The notes below the pieces were generated by a model, which was given only the letters and a program-made list of their open reading frames with translations, did not search any database and was not told the origin of the DNA. Below, piece after piece: positions 10,514 to 19,131 of a stretch of 64,000 nt of DNA; the first letter of the stretch is position 1; every line of letters begins with the position of its first letter. The DNA comes from an uncultured archaeon (GTDB lineage Archaea; Asgardarchaeota; Thorarchaeia; Thorarchaeales; Thorarchaeaceae), in NCBI GenBank assembly GCA_964610875.1, contig CAZSWP010000002.1:1-64000 (forward strand), written 5' to 3'. Both the position numbers and the translations under genes were made by a program.

Positions 10514-11509
10514 CTATTTTGTTCTTGACTTCTCCAATTCTTTATACGCTTTGAGCTCTTGCTTATACTCTCTCCTACACTTGTAGGCAATCCATAGCTT
10601 CTTCCACTTTGGAACAACTGCTCGTTTCTTAAACGGATCATAATTCATCTTCTCAATCTCGGTCATTATCTCACCATAGACTCGGCCAGCTACTTTCACT
10701 GTGAAAGCCCCAGCAGGAGGAAGATCATTTAGTCCAACATCAGCTTGTGCATAGAGTGTTCTCGCACGGGCAATCTCGCTCTTCATCATCAGTCTGAAAT
10801 TGGGAGTGACTCTTCTATTTTCAAAATCCTCACGTGTGACTCTAAATCGCTCACGAATTTCTTTAGGTATGTAGATTCTACCATTGTCCCAATCTTCTGC
10901 CACGTCTCTGAGAATATTGGTCAATTGCAATGCATGCCCAAGGTCAGCCGCCCTTGCAAGTGTTTCGGTTTCAATTGCACCCCAGATATGACACATTAGA
11001 ATGCCAACAGTGGAAGCCACATGATAACAATACTTTGCTTCCTCATCTATAGTTTCAACATCCATCAGATTGAGGTCCATTCGAACGCCTTCAATCAGTT
11101 CATGTAAGTATTTTACTGGAATATTGTATCTAACAATGGTATCGCCAAATGCATGAAACAATGGGTGTTGAAACTGCTCTCCAGTCGCCATTCGATTGGC
11201 AAGGTCTTTCAGCACATTCAGCTCTTTCTCAATCTGTTCTCTTGGCAGATCAATCTCATCTGCAAAATCATCTGCCAATCTGCAAAAGCCATAGAGAGCC
11301 GCAAATGCTTTTCTATCATTATCTTCAAAATAGCGAGAAGCAAAGTAAAACGACTTGGCATGTAATTTGAAAAGATTCATGCAGTATTCGTAGCTTTGGT
11401 TGAGGTCCCATTGTCCATCCGCAGTGTCTACTATCGTAAGAATATCCGATGGCAGCACATCAAGATGTGCGGAGTAATCATCTCCTATTTCGCGATTCCC
11501 TTGCCACAT
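10514..11509 (-). CDS. crtB: Phytoene synthase
   Basis: AKSFYFAS, FCRLADDFADE, YCYHVASTVG, QLTNILRDVAED, GRIYIP. Confidence 0.92.
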   Translation of the reverse strand: MWQGNREIGDDYSAHLDVLPSDILTIVDTADGQWDLNQSYEYCMNLFKLHAKSFYFASRYFEDNDRKAFAALYGFCRLADDFADEIDLPREQIEKELNVLKDLANRMATGEQFQHPLFHAFGDTIVRYNIPVKYLHELIEGVRMDLNLMDVETIDEEAKYCYHVASTVGILMCHIWGAIETETLARAADLGHALQLTNILRDVAEDWDNGRIYIPKEIRERFRVTREDFENRRVTPNFRLMMKSEIARARTLYAQADVGLNDLPPAGAFTVKVAGRVYGEIMTEIEKMNYDPFKKRAVVPKWKKLWIAYKCRREYKQELKAYKELEKSRTK

Positions 11510-11754
11510 CTCTGTAATCTCCAGATTGAAGTAGACCAGAAATAGGTCATGGCATGGTTCTACTAATTCCGTCCCTTCTTATTTTGTTAGAAATATGTTG
11601 AGTTTACTATTATTAAATCATTAGCTATAGCTCATTGAACTCTAACGAAATGAACATTAGATATTGCCAACAAAATACAATTTGAAACCATAAATGTTTA
11701 GGGAAGGAATATTAACTGTATGAGAGACCTAGTAATGATATCTGAGGAGATGAG
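11510..11754. promoter_or_regulatory. Divergent promoter region between crtB-crtI-tes and crtD-lyeJ
   Basis: AT-rich spacer with TATA-like ATTATTAAAT (~11609-11618), perfect palindrome AGCTATAGCT 11623-11632, SD GAGGAG before crtD. Confidence 0.5.
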
Positions 11755-13221
11755 ATGAAGATAGCGGTTGTAGGAGCTGGCGTTGGTGGACTTGCAACAG
11801 CGGCCCTATTAGCAAAAGATGGCAATGAAGTATTTGTCATAGAGAAAAATGAGAACATAGGTGGACGAGCACGTGTTTGGAAAGAACAGGGCTTTGTCTT
11901 CGACATGGGTCCATCCTGGTATTTGATGCCTGAAATATTTGAACACTTCTTTGAAGCATTTGATCGGAAAGTCGAAGACTATTACAAATTGATACGTCTT
12001 GATCCTTCTTACAGGATATTCTTCAGTGACAGTACATTGGATATCTCAGCTGAATTAGAGAAGAATATGCAACTTTTCGAGAGCCTCGAAGAGAACGGAG
12101 CAGAGAAGCTGGAGGAATACCTCAAGCAAGCGAAAGACAAGTATGAATATCTGATGGAGGGTTTGATGTATGAAGATCTTGCAGGTATTAAGGATATGCT
12201 CAATCCCAGACTTATGGCGGCAGGATGGAAGCTAAGTATTTTGTCCAATATTGATAAACTCACAAAGAAGTACTTTGATAGTGAAAGAGCTAGGAAAATA
12301 CTGCAATACTCTATTGTTTTCCTTGGAGGAAACCCAAAGAACACACCAGCATTATACTCAATGATATCTCACATCGACTTGAATTTAGGTGTGTGGTATC
12401 CGTATGGTGGACTTGGGAAGATAGTGGAAGCACTAGAATCATTGTGCAATGAATACAATGTAGAAATCAAGACAGATGAGGAAGTCTGTGGCTTCAAGGT
12501 CAAAGACAAAAAAGTCACCTACGTGGAAACTGTACAAACGGAATACAATATTGATGCCGTCGTTGTGAATGCAGACTATCCACATTCTGAAATTGATCTG
12601 GTCGGGAAGGGGTACAAAACCTATCCAGAAAAATACTGGGAAAAGAAGACGATTGCTCCATCAGCTTTCGTTTTGTACCTAGGTTTTGACAAGAAATTTG
12701 ACAGTCTTACCCATCATAATGTAATTTTGGATTATGATTGGGTGAAGCATTTCGAACAAATCTTTGAGAGCCCCACTTGGCCAGATGAGCCAGCGTATTA
12801 TCTTTGTTGCCCATCCAGAATGGACGAAACTGTTGCTCCAGAAGGTCATGAGAATATATTCGTTACAATCCCTATATCCCCAGGAGTTGAAGATACACCT
12901 GAAATTAGAGAGTCTTACTTTGATAAGACATTGATACATATGGAGAAAGTTGTTGGAGAGAACATGAGAGACCATCTTGTTGTGAAGAGAATCTTTTCAT
13001 TAAATGACTTTAAAGAAGACTACAATGCATACAAAGGAACAGCTGTTGGCTTGACTCATACTTTCTCACAATCCGCATTCTTTAGACCAAGACACAAGAG
13101 TAAGAAAGTGGACAACCTTTACTATGCTGGACAATATACTCATCCAGGTATCGGTGTTCCTATGGCAATGATATCAGCAGAGATTGTTGCAGACATAATT
13201 GCAGAAGACTATGAAAAATAG
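11755..13221 (+). CDS. crtD: Carotenoid 3,4-desaturase (CrtD-type, CrtI family)
   Basis: FDMGPSWYLMP signature, FLGGNP, GQYTHPGIGVPM; immediately followed by a LyeJ-like gene as in haloarchaeal C50 clusters. Confidence 0.75.
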   Translation: MKIAVVGAGVGGLATAALLAKDGNEVFVIEKNENIGGRARVWKEQGFVFDMGPSWYLMPEIFEHFFEAFDRKVEDYYKLIRLDPSYRIFFSDSTLDISAELEKNMQLFESLEENGAEKLEEYLKQAKDKYEYLMEGLMYEDLAGIKDMLNPRLMAAGWKLSILSNIDKLTKKYFDSERARKILQYSIVFLGGNPKNTPALYSMISHIDLNLGVWYPYGGLGKIVEALESLCNEYNVEIKTDEEVCGFKVKDKKVTYVETVQTEYNIDAVVVNADYPHSEIDLVGKGYKTYPEKYWEKKTIAPSAFVLYLGFDKKFDSLTHHNVILDYDWVKHFEQIFESPTWPDEPAYYLCCPSRMDETVAPEGHENIFVTIPISPGVEDTPEIRESYFDKTLIHMEKVVGENMRDHLVVKRIFSLNDFKEDYNAYKGTAVGLTHTFSQSAFFRPRHKSKKVDNLYYAGQYTHPGIGVPMAMISAEIVADIIAEDYEK

Positions 13222-13224
13222 AGA

Positions 13225-14103
13225 TTGGACGTTGAACTGGTGACGAATATATTCAAGCTTGCATTCAAAGTTTCTCGAGTGAGGTTTTGGCTATATTTAG
13301 GAGGCACTTACCTGATCGGATACATAATCGGGCTAAACAATATCTTCGCACCAGTCACAGCTTTATTAGATCCATGGTTTCTAGTGCACGTTTTCTTCTT
13401 CATGCTACCTGCAAACATCTTCTTGTATGGAGTAAATGATATCTCGGACAAAGACACAGATATGTTTAATCCGAAGAAAGAGGACAGAGAATACAAAGCA
13501 CTTGAGAAGGACAGACTGAAGCTATATGCATTGGTTAGTACTTCCTTTCTATATGGTATTGTACTCATAATTTTGCAATCTGATTTGATAGCTGCAATTC
13601 TATTCTTTTCATGGATGCTACTATCTGTAGCATATAGTGTGAAACCATTCAGATTCAAGGCAGTCCCAATTCTTGATTTTACTTCTAATTTCCTCTATGT
13701 GATTCCAGCAATGCTTGCGTACTATCAAGTTACTACTATCATCCCTCCTTTTCTTCCATTGTTCGCAGCTTTTCTATGGACATCTGCGATGCAACTCTTC
13801 TCAGCCATTCCAGACATAGAAGCAGACAAAGCGGCTAACGTGAAAACTACCGCAGTGATAGTTGGAGCAAAGGCATCATTGATTCTTTGTTTGATATTTT
13901 GGGGAGTATTCGCTTTCATTCTAGTTGGCCTTGTTCAATGGAATTGGCCGTGGAATCTAATGATGATCGTCTATCCATTGATTCCACTCTATCTACTATT
14001 TAGACCGGAAGCGGACATAGAACGCGTCTATTGGTATTATCCAATTTACACCGGTATCTTTGGGATGGTCCTATTCCTCTCTGTAGGAATCCCATTATTG
14101 TAG
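13225..14103 (+). CDS. lyeJ: Lycopene elongase/hydratase (UbiA prenyltransferase family)
   Basis: SRVRFWLYLGG, PANIFLYGVNDISDKDTD..NPKK, YS..PFRFK, FSAIPDIEADK..KTTA; multiple TM helices. Confidence 0.85.
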   Translation: MDVELVTNIFKLAFKVSRVRFWLYLGGTYLIGYIIGLNNIFAPVTALLDPWFLVHVFFFMLPANIFLYGVNDISDKDTDMFNPKKEDREYKALEKDRLKLYALVSTSFLYGIVLIILQSDLIAAILFFSWMLLSVAYSVKPFRFKAVPILDFTSNFLYVIPAMLAYYQVTTIIPPFLPLFAAFLWTSAMQLFSAIPDIEADKAANVKTTAVIVGAKASLILCLIFWGVFAFILVGLVQWNWPWNLMMIVYPLIPLYLLFRPEADIERVYWYYPIYTGIFGMVLFLSVGIPLL

Positions 14104-14210
14104 TATACTTGGTACGATGTGTTTGATTGTGCATGTCGATATGAAATAATAGTACATATCGTATATAAGTCCATTTGCACATTATATCAAAATAGAGGTG
14201 TAGTGATAGA

Positions 14211-16001
14211 TTGAGTAAGATATTGAGAATAAATATGGATGATCTAAGTCATAAATGGGAGGGCATACCGGCCAAGTATGAACACTATGCTGGTCGTGCT
14301 TTCACAACGGCAGTAGTCAATGATGAGGTGGACCCAACTTGTCATCCTCTTCGTGAGAAGAACAAGTTTGTGATATCACCAGGATTGCTTGCAGGAACTT
14401 TGGCTCCCTCATCCGGACGATTAAGTGTGGGGGCAAAGTCACCTCTCACAGGGGGAATCAAAGAAGCCAATGCTGGTGGTCTTACAGCAACAAGACTTGC
14501 AAAGATTGGTATTAGAGGCGTGATAATAGAGGGGATACCAAAATCCAACAATGATTGGTACAGTATAATCATTGGCAAAGATAAGTGTGAGATTAAGAAG
14601 ACTAATGATTATGCAGGGATAGGACTCTATGACCTAATCACAAAGATTTGGAAAGACTATGACAGTAAACCAGGAATCATCGGAGCAGGTATAGCTGGTC
14701 AAAGACTGCTGAAAGGCGCAGGGGTCTTTGGTAATAATATTGAGAATAGCGACCCGGGAAGATACGCTGGACGTGGTGGCCTTGGAGCAGTTCTCGGCTC
14801 GAAGAGAATTGTTGCAATAATAACTGATGACACAGGTGGAGAACGGCCTGCACCAAAGGACAAAGAACTCTTTGAAGACGGTAGAAAGAAAATGGTCAAA
14901 GCATTGAATGACCATCCTGTCACTGGCAGATTGAACGACGATGAAGGAAATCCATTTGGTGGACTAAAGAACTATGGGACTAACATCCTTCAGAATATCC
15001 TAAATGAGGCAGGAGGACTTCCGACGCGTGGTTTTAGTTCAGGAAGATTCGACCATGCTGCAAAGATTTCAGGTGAGGCGGTTCACGAGTTAGTAGACAA
15101 AACAAAAGAAAAGTTCGGTGACAAAGCAGAAGGTAAGTATGGACATCCTTGTCATCCTGGATGTATCATGGCATGTTCTAACGTTGTACCCTATGAGGAC
15201 ACTGGTAAAGCACAAGTTTCACCACTGGAATATGAATCTGCTTGGGCGTTAGGCACAAATCTTGGTATTGGAAAACTACATGATGTGGCGGAATTGAACC
15301 GTTTGTGTAATGATATTGGACTTGACACTATTGAAGCTGGAAATACAGTTGCCATGCTCATGGAAGGTGGACTTATTGAATATGCTGATGGCGAGGCGGC
15401 AATAAAAGCACTAAAGGAAGCCTACAAAGAAGACTCAGCGATTGGCAAACTGGTATGTGCAGGAACTCAAACAGCAGGCGAAGCTCTTGGAGTCACTCGA
15501 ATCCCAGTTGTCAAAGGACAAGCCCTTCCTGCATACGACCCAAGACCAATTCGAGGGATAGGAGTTACCTATGCAACAACTCCAATGGGTGCAGATCACA
15601 CGGCTGGATATACTATCGCAGCAGAGATTCTAGGAATCAAGGGAGAAGTCACAGATCCAAGAGGATTGGAAAAAGCTGAACTATCAAGGAATTTCCAAGC
15701 TACCACAGCCTATATCGATGCCAGTGGATACTGTCTATTCATTGCTTTTGCCATACTAGATGATGACGATGGATTTCAAGGTATGATGGACACGGTGAAT
15801 GCTTTCCTCGGAGAGAAAATCGACGTTACTGAATACGGACTTGATATCCTCAAGATGGAGCGCGACTTCAATAAGAGAGCTGGCTTTACAAACAAAGACG
15901 ACAGACTTCCAGAGTTCTTCAGTACTGAGCCATTACCTCCTCATAATGTTACATTCAATGTAACTGAGAAGGAACTTGACGATGTGTACGAAGGTATGTA
16001 G
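14211..16001 (+). CDS. aor: Tungsten-dependent aldehyde:ferredoxin oxidoreductase family protein
   Basis: KSPLTGGIKEANAGG, AGRGGLGAVLGSK, CHPGCIMAC, EYES, GLDTIE, YDPR, GADH. Confidence 0.9.
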   Translation: MSKILRINMDDLSHKWEGIPAKYEHYAGRAFTTAVVNDEVDPTCHPLREKNKFVISPGLLAGTLAPSSGRLSVGAKSPLTGGIKEANAGGLTATRLAKIGIRGVIIEGIPKSNNDWYSIIIGKDKCEIKKTNDYAGIGLYDLITKIWKDYDSKPGIIGAGIAGQRLLKGAGVFGNNIENSDPGRYAGRGGLGAVLGSKRIVAIITDDTGGERPAPKDKELFEDGRKKMVKALNDHPVTGRLNDDEGNPFGGLKNYGTNILQNILNEAGGLPTRGFSSGRFDHAAKISGEAVHELVDKTKEKFGDKAEGKYGHPCHPGCIMACSNVVPYEDTGKAQVSPLEYESAWALGTNLGIGKLHDVAELNRLCNDIGLDTIEAGNTVAMLMEGGLIEYADGEAAIKALKEAYKEDSAIGKLVCAGTQTAGEALGVTRIPVVKGQALPAYDPRPIRGIGVTYATTPMGADHTAGYTIAAEILGIKGEVTDPRGLEKAELSRNFQATTAYIDASGYCLFIAFAILDDDDGFQGMMDTVNAFLGEKIDVTEYGLDILKMERDFNKRAGFTNKDDRLPEFFSTEPLPPHNVTFNVTEKELDDVYEGM

Positions 16002-16014
16002 TAAGCACAAAAAG

Positions 16015-16049
16015 ATGGGAACTGATTGTTCCCATTCTCATTCTTTTTT
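16015..16049 (+). terminator. Hairpin plus T-tract after aor
   Basis: ATGGGAAC(16015-22)/GTTCCCAT(16028-35) 8-bp stem followed by TCTCATTCTTTTTT. Confidence 0.6.
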
Positions 16050-16094
16050 GCCATAGCAAACTGCTTATTTATTTCAGAATTAGAGGTATATTGA

Positions 16095-16403
16095 ATGATA
16101 GAAGTTCATCTTTATGGCTGTCTCCGCAAACTAGTTCCAGAAAGCAAAGCCAGTGATGATACTTCACTTCACCTCGAAGCCAAGGATAACGAAACCTTTT
16201 CCCAACTCATATCAAGACTGGGATTGAAAATGAAAGACCTTGGTGATTGTTTTCTCAATGGAACCCTTGTGAAACCGGATGACATCATAATAGATGGTGA
16301 CAGACTAGGGCTCTTTCCATTTAATATGGTACTTCTATGTGGGGGGCAACACCTGAAAGGGCACGGATATACAAAATCAGACGTTGATATGGATTATTAC
16401 TAG
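16095..16403 (+). CDS. MoaD/ThiS-like beta-grasp protein with C-terminal extension
   Basis: IEVHLYGCLR...FLNG...DGDRLGLFP; internal CGG followed by QHLKGHGY... tail. Confidence 0.7.
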   Translation: MIEVHLYGCLRKLVPESKASDDTSLHLEAKDNETFSQLISRLGLKMKDLGDCFLNGTLVKPDDIIIDGDRLGLFPFNMVLLCGGQHLKGHGYTKSDVDMDYY

Positions 16404-16411
16404 GTTGACAA

Positions 16412-16687
16412 ATGATGGAAATTCGAGTCAAACTCTATGCGACCCTAAGGAGATTTGCACCAGAAGGAACGGAGATCGGAGAATCTTTTCCAAAGGAGTT
16501 TGATGGAACTACTATTGCGGACTTGGTAGATTCTTTTGGCATCAAAAAAAAACTCGCTAAGATTATTATGGTTAATGGAATTAGAGTCACATCCCTAGAG
16601 CATACACTAAATAATGGAGATGAGGTGGTCATCTTTCCACCCGTCGGAGGTGGCTCCTGTGACAGAAGGAATGACACTCATACGTAG
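16412..16687 (+). CDS. moaD: MoaD/ThiS/SAMP ubiquitin-like sulfur carrier
   Basis: VKLYATLR...MVNG...GDEVVIFPPVGGG then 10 extra residues; downstream of aor. Confidence 0.8.
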   Translation: MMEIRVKLYATLRRFAPEGTEIGESFPKEFDGTTIADLVDSFGIKKKLAKIIMVNGIRVTSLEHTLNNGDEVVIFPPVGGGSCDRRNDTHT

Positions 16688-17450
16688 CACAAAGAATCTC
16701 TTTCTCACAATGTTCATGTTTGCCTTTTTCTTCTCTAGTTGGCTTGTGGTAAATGTTGCGATAGGAGAGGCAGAAACATGGGTATCAGCCATTTTCATTG
16801 TTATATTGGCAGTTCCTTCATACTACTATATTTACAAATGGGCAGGTCCAAAGAAAGCACTTGTAATCATTCTCATTTTCTCCATTGTCCCCATAGTGGT
16901 TGAATCAATTGGAATTTCTACAGGCTTTCCCTATGGAGGGTTTCACTATACAGACAGGATGGGGTTCAAAATCTTTGGTCTTGTCCCTTGGAGTGTTGCC
17001 TTCGCATTTGCCCCATTGGTACTAGGTAGTCTAACAATTGCATCTAGACTCAGAAAAGCATATGTCGTACTACCATTGGGTGCTCTTATTCTCGTCATTG
17101 TAGACCTTGTCTTAGATCCTGCAGCTGTAGTTCTGAATATTTGGGAATGGGATGTGCCAGGACCCTACTATGGAATACCCATCATAAATTATACTGGATG
17201 GTTCCTCACTGCATTCATCTCAACTTCTTTGATGCATCTTCTGACGATGGACACACTACAAGAAGTACAGACAATCCCATCAGATGTGGCAACGAGCCTC
17301 CTTCTGAGTCTATCATTCTGGACTGGATTCACTTTCTGGATTGGTTTCTTAATACCAACAATAATTGGCACAGCTATGTTAGCAATCTCATACCATCAGA
17401 TAATAATACAACCAACACCGGGAGATACAGTCCAAGACTTTGATATATAG
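16659..17450 (+). CDS. cruF: Bisanhydrobacterioruberin hydratase / carotenoid biosynthesis membrane protein (CruF/DUF422)
   Basis: ESIGISTGFPYGGFHY, GLVPW, DLVLDPAAV, YYGIPIINYTGW; start GTG 16659 (SD GGAGGTG) or ATG 16671. Confidence 0.8.
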   Translation: MTEGMTLIRSTKNLFLTMFMFAFFFSSWLVVNVAIGEAETWVSAIFIVILAVPSYYYIYKWAGPKKALVIILIFSIVPIVVESIGISTGFPYGGFHYTDRMGFKIFGLVPWSVAFAFAPLVLGSLTIASRLRKAYVVLPLGALILVIVDLVLDPAAVVLNIWEWDVPGPYYGIPIINYTGWFLTAFISTSLMHLLTMDTLQEVQTIPSDVATSLLLSLSFWTGFTFWIGFLIPTIIGTAMLAISYHQIIIQPTPGDTVQDFDI

Positions 17451-17461
17451 AAGTCATCCAT

Positions 17462-17614
17462 TCAACATTGATTACCCAATTCTGCGAGCAGGTATACCAT
17501 GTTACAGGCTTTGCATTTGATTGCCGAGTAGACAATTTTCTGACCCATTAGACGTAACTCATAGACGAGCAATTTCCACGATGTGTTACCGCATGATTCG
17601 CATTCAATCACCAT
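17462..17614 (-). CDS. Small zinc-ribbon protein (50 aa), absent from ORF track
   Basis: MVIECESCGNTSWKLLVYELRLMGQKIVYSAIKCKACNMVYLLAELGNQC*; two CxxC knuckles. Confidence 0.65.
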   Translation of the reverse strand: MVIECESCGNTSWKLLVYELRLMGQKIVYSAIKCKACNMVYLLAELGNQC

Positions 17615-17687
17615 ATTTTATCATCAAACAGGTAATTTTACCTCGCAGATTAAGGGGAGCTTATATTATCAACTATGCACATACTGA

Positions 17688-17809
17688 TGACACGGCTTTG
17701 ATATCCGTGTCAAGCCTCGAACTTTGACATCTGCTCCGAGCCTCTTAGGACCTCTCTCCAGAGGCTCCGTCGGTGGTACACCTTCATCTACCACCGGCAC
17801 TATTTTCTT
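17688..17809 (+). ncRNA. Candidate three-hairpin small RNA
   Basis: Perfect 8-bp stems 17688-95/17705-12, 17738-45/17760-67, 17771-78/17789-96; TATA-like TTATATTA ~17661-68 upstream and CTATTTTCTT downstream; strand inferred from these signals. Confidence 0.5.
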
Positions 17810-17930
17810 GATGAATGTATGTTATTTTCGATGAAGCATATTATGTAAGTAATATCCGGATAAGACTATGAGAAAATATTATATGCTATTTAAAGCAATT
17901 ATAACATGCTTGCCGTGCTGGTGGACGACT

Positions 17931-18725
17931 TTGACTTGGCGATTACTTGAGGATGAAGAACATAACCCAAAAAAAAGCCTCGCTCTTGAAGAGGCAATCG
18001 CCAGAACATGTGCTAACTCGGGACCGAAGTGCAACACGCTTCGTTTTTGGACATCAAAACCATCAGTTGTGATAGGGAGATTTCAGTGTGTTCACAAGGA
18101 AGTAAATCTTGAATTTTGTAAGAAGAATGACATAGATATTGTTCGTAGATTTACTGGAGGGGGAGCTGTATATCATGATGAGGGAAATCTAAACTTCACG
18201 TTGTGTTTGGATCAATCAGAATCTTATGTTTCACGAACTCTAAACGAGTTATATTGGAACTTCATTGGGACAATAGCAACAGGTCTCCAAGAGATAGGCA
18301 TACCTGCAAGATTCGATGCATACAGGTCGTGCATTAGGATAAATCAGAAAAAAATTACTGGGACTGCAGGTTGGATCAAGCAAGGAGTGTCCTTTATTCA
18401 TGGTACTCTATTAATAGATGCAGACTTGCAGATGCTAAGGAGGAGTATAACACCACCACCAGACCAACCAGAATATCTGAGGGATAACCGCCGAATTCGT
18501 TGCATTGAAAGCAAAAGGGACATCGTTACGACTATCAATAAGGAAATAGAAAAACCCCCTAGTGTAGAGCAGATCCGTAAGACAATAGTATACACCATGG
18601 AAAGAATCTCTGAGCAAAGAGTAGAACCAGGTGACTTCTTCGAAGAAGAATTAGAGCTTGCAGAGTCCTTATATGAGAACCGCTATAGACAACCTGAGTG
18701 GAACTTGGGTACATTAGCCCAATAG
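17931..18725 (+). CDS. lplA: Lipoate-protein ligase A (catalytic domain only)
   Basis: VVIGRFQ, VRRFTGGGAVYHDEGNLNF, KITGTA, HGTLL; probable TTG start after GGTGG SD. Confidence 0.85.
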   Translation: MTWRLLEDEEHNPKKSLALEEAIARTCANSGPKCNTLRFWTSKPSVVIGRFQCVHKEVNLEFCKKNDIDIVRRFTGGGAVYHDEGNLNFTLCLDQSESYVSRTLNELYWNFIGTIATGLQEIGIPARFDAYRSCIRINQKKITGTAGWIKQGVSFIHGTLLIDADLQMLRRSITPPPDQPEYLRDNRRIRCIESKRDIVTTINKEIEKPPSVEQIRKTIVYTMERISEQRVEPGDFFEEELELAESLYENRYRQPEWNLGTLAQ

Positions 18726-18756
18726 GTTCGTCAATTAATACAGGAAGCATTTACAA

Positions 18757-19107
18757 TTGACTGATGATGTTGAAAAGATATTGAAGAGTTTCATGCGACA
18801 TTTTGGAGCATTGAATAGAGACATACCCGATACACGTAATGCCTTCACAGACCTTCAGAGAACTGTACACAAAGATGGTGCACTTCCAGCAAAATTCAAG
18901 GAGATTATTTGTATCGTTGCGTCAGTTCTTGCACCTTGTGAATCGTGTATGGTATATCATACAAAGCAAGCACTCAAATTAGGAGCATCACGAGAAGAGA
19001 TTATGGAGGCTTGTGGAGTGGCTATAGTAATGGGTGGCGGACCTGCAGCCTCACACATTGCCACCGTGCAAGACGCTCTTGATACATGGGCTCCAAGAAA
19101 GAAATGA
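18757..19107 (+). CDS. Carboxymuconolactone decarboxylase/AhpD family protein
   Basis: GALPAKFKEII...CESCMVYH..ALKLGASREEI..A..MGGGPA. Confidence 0.85.
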   Translation: MTDDVEKILKSFMRHFGALNRDIPDTRNAFTDLQRTVHKDGALPAKFKEIICIVASVLAPCESCMVYHTKQALKLGASREEIMEACGVAIVMGGGPAASHIATVQDALDTWAPRKK

Positions 19108-19131
19108 GATGCGCCTATCTAGCATTTCATT

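Noticed and set aside
17745-17765. Glycine riboswitch (CTCTGGAGAGA on the minus strand)
   Set aside because: The downstream CCGAAG and CTCAGG core motifs are absent
17868-17930. N-terminal extension of LplA
   Set aside because: Contains the TATA-like TTTAAA (17889-94) and the SD; homology starts at TWRLL
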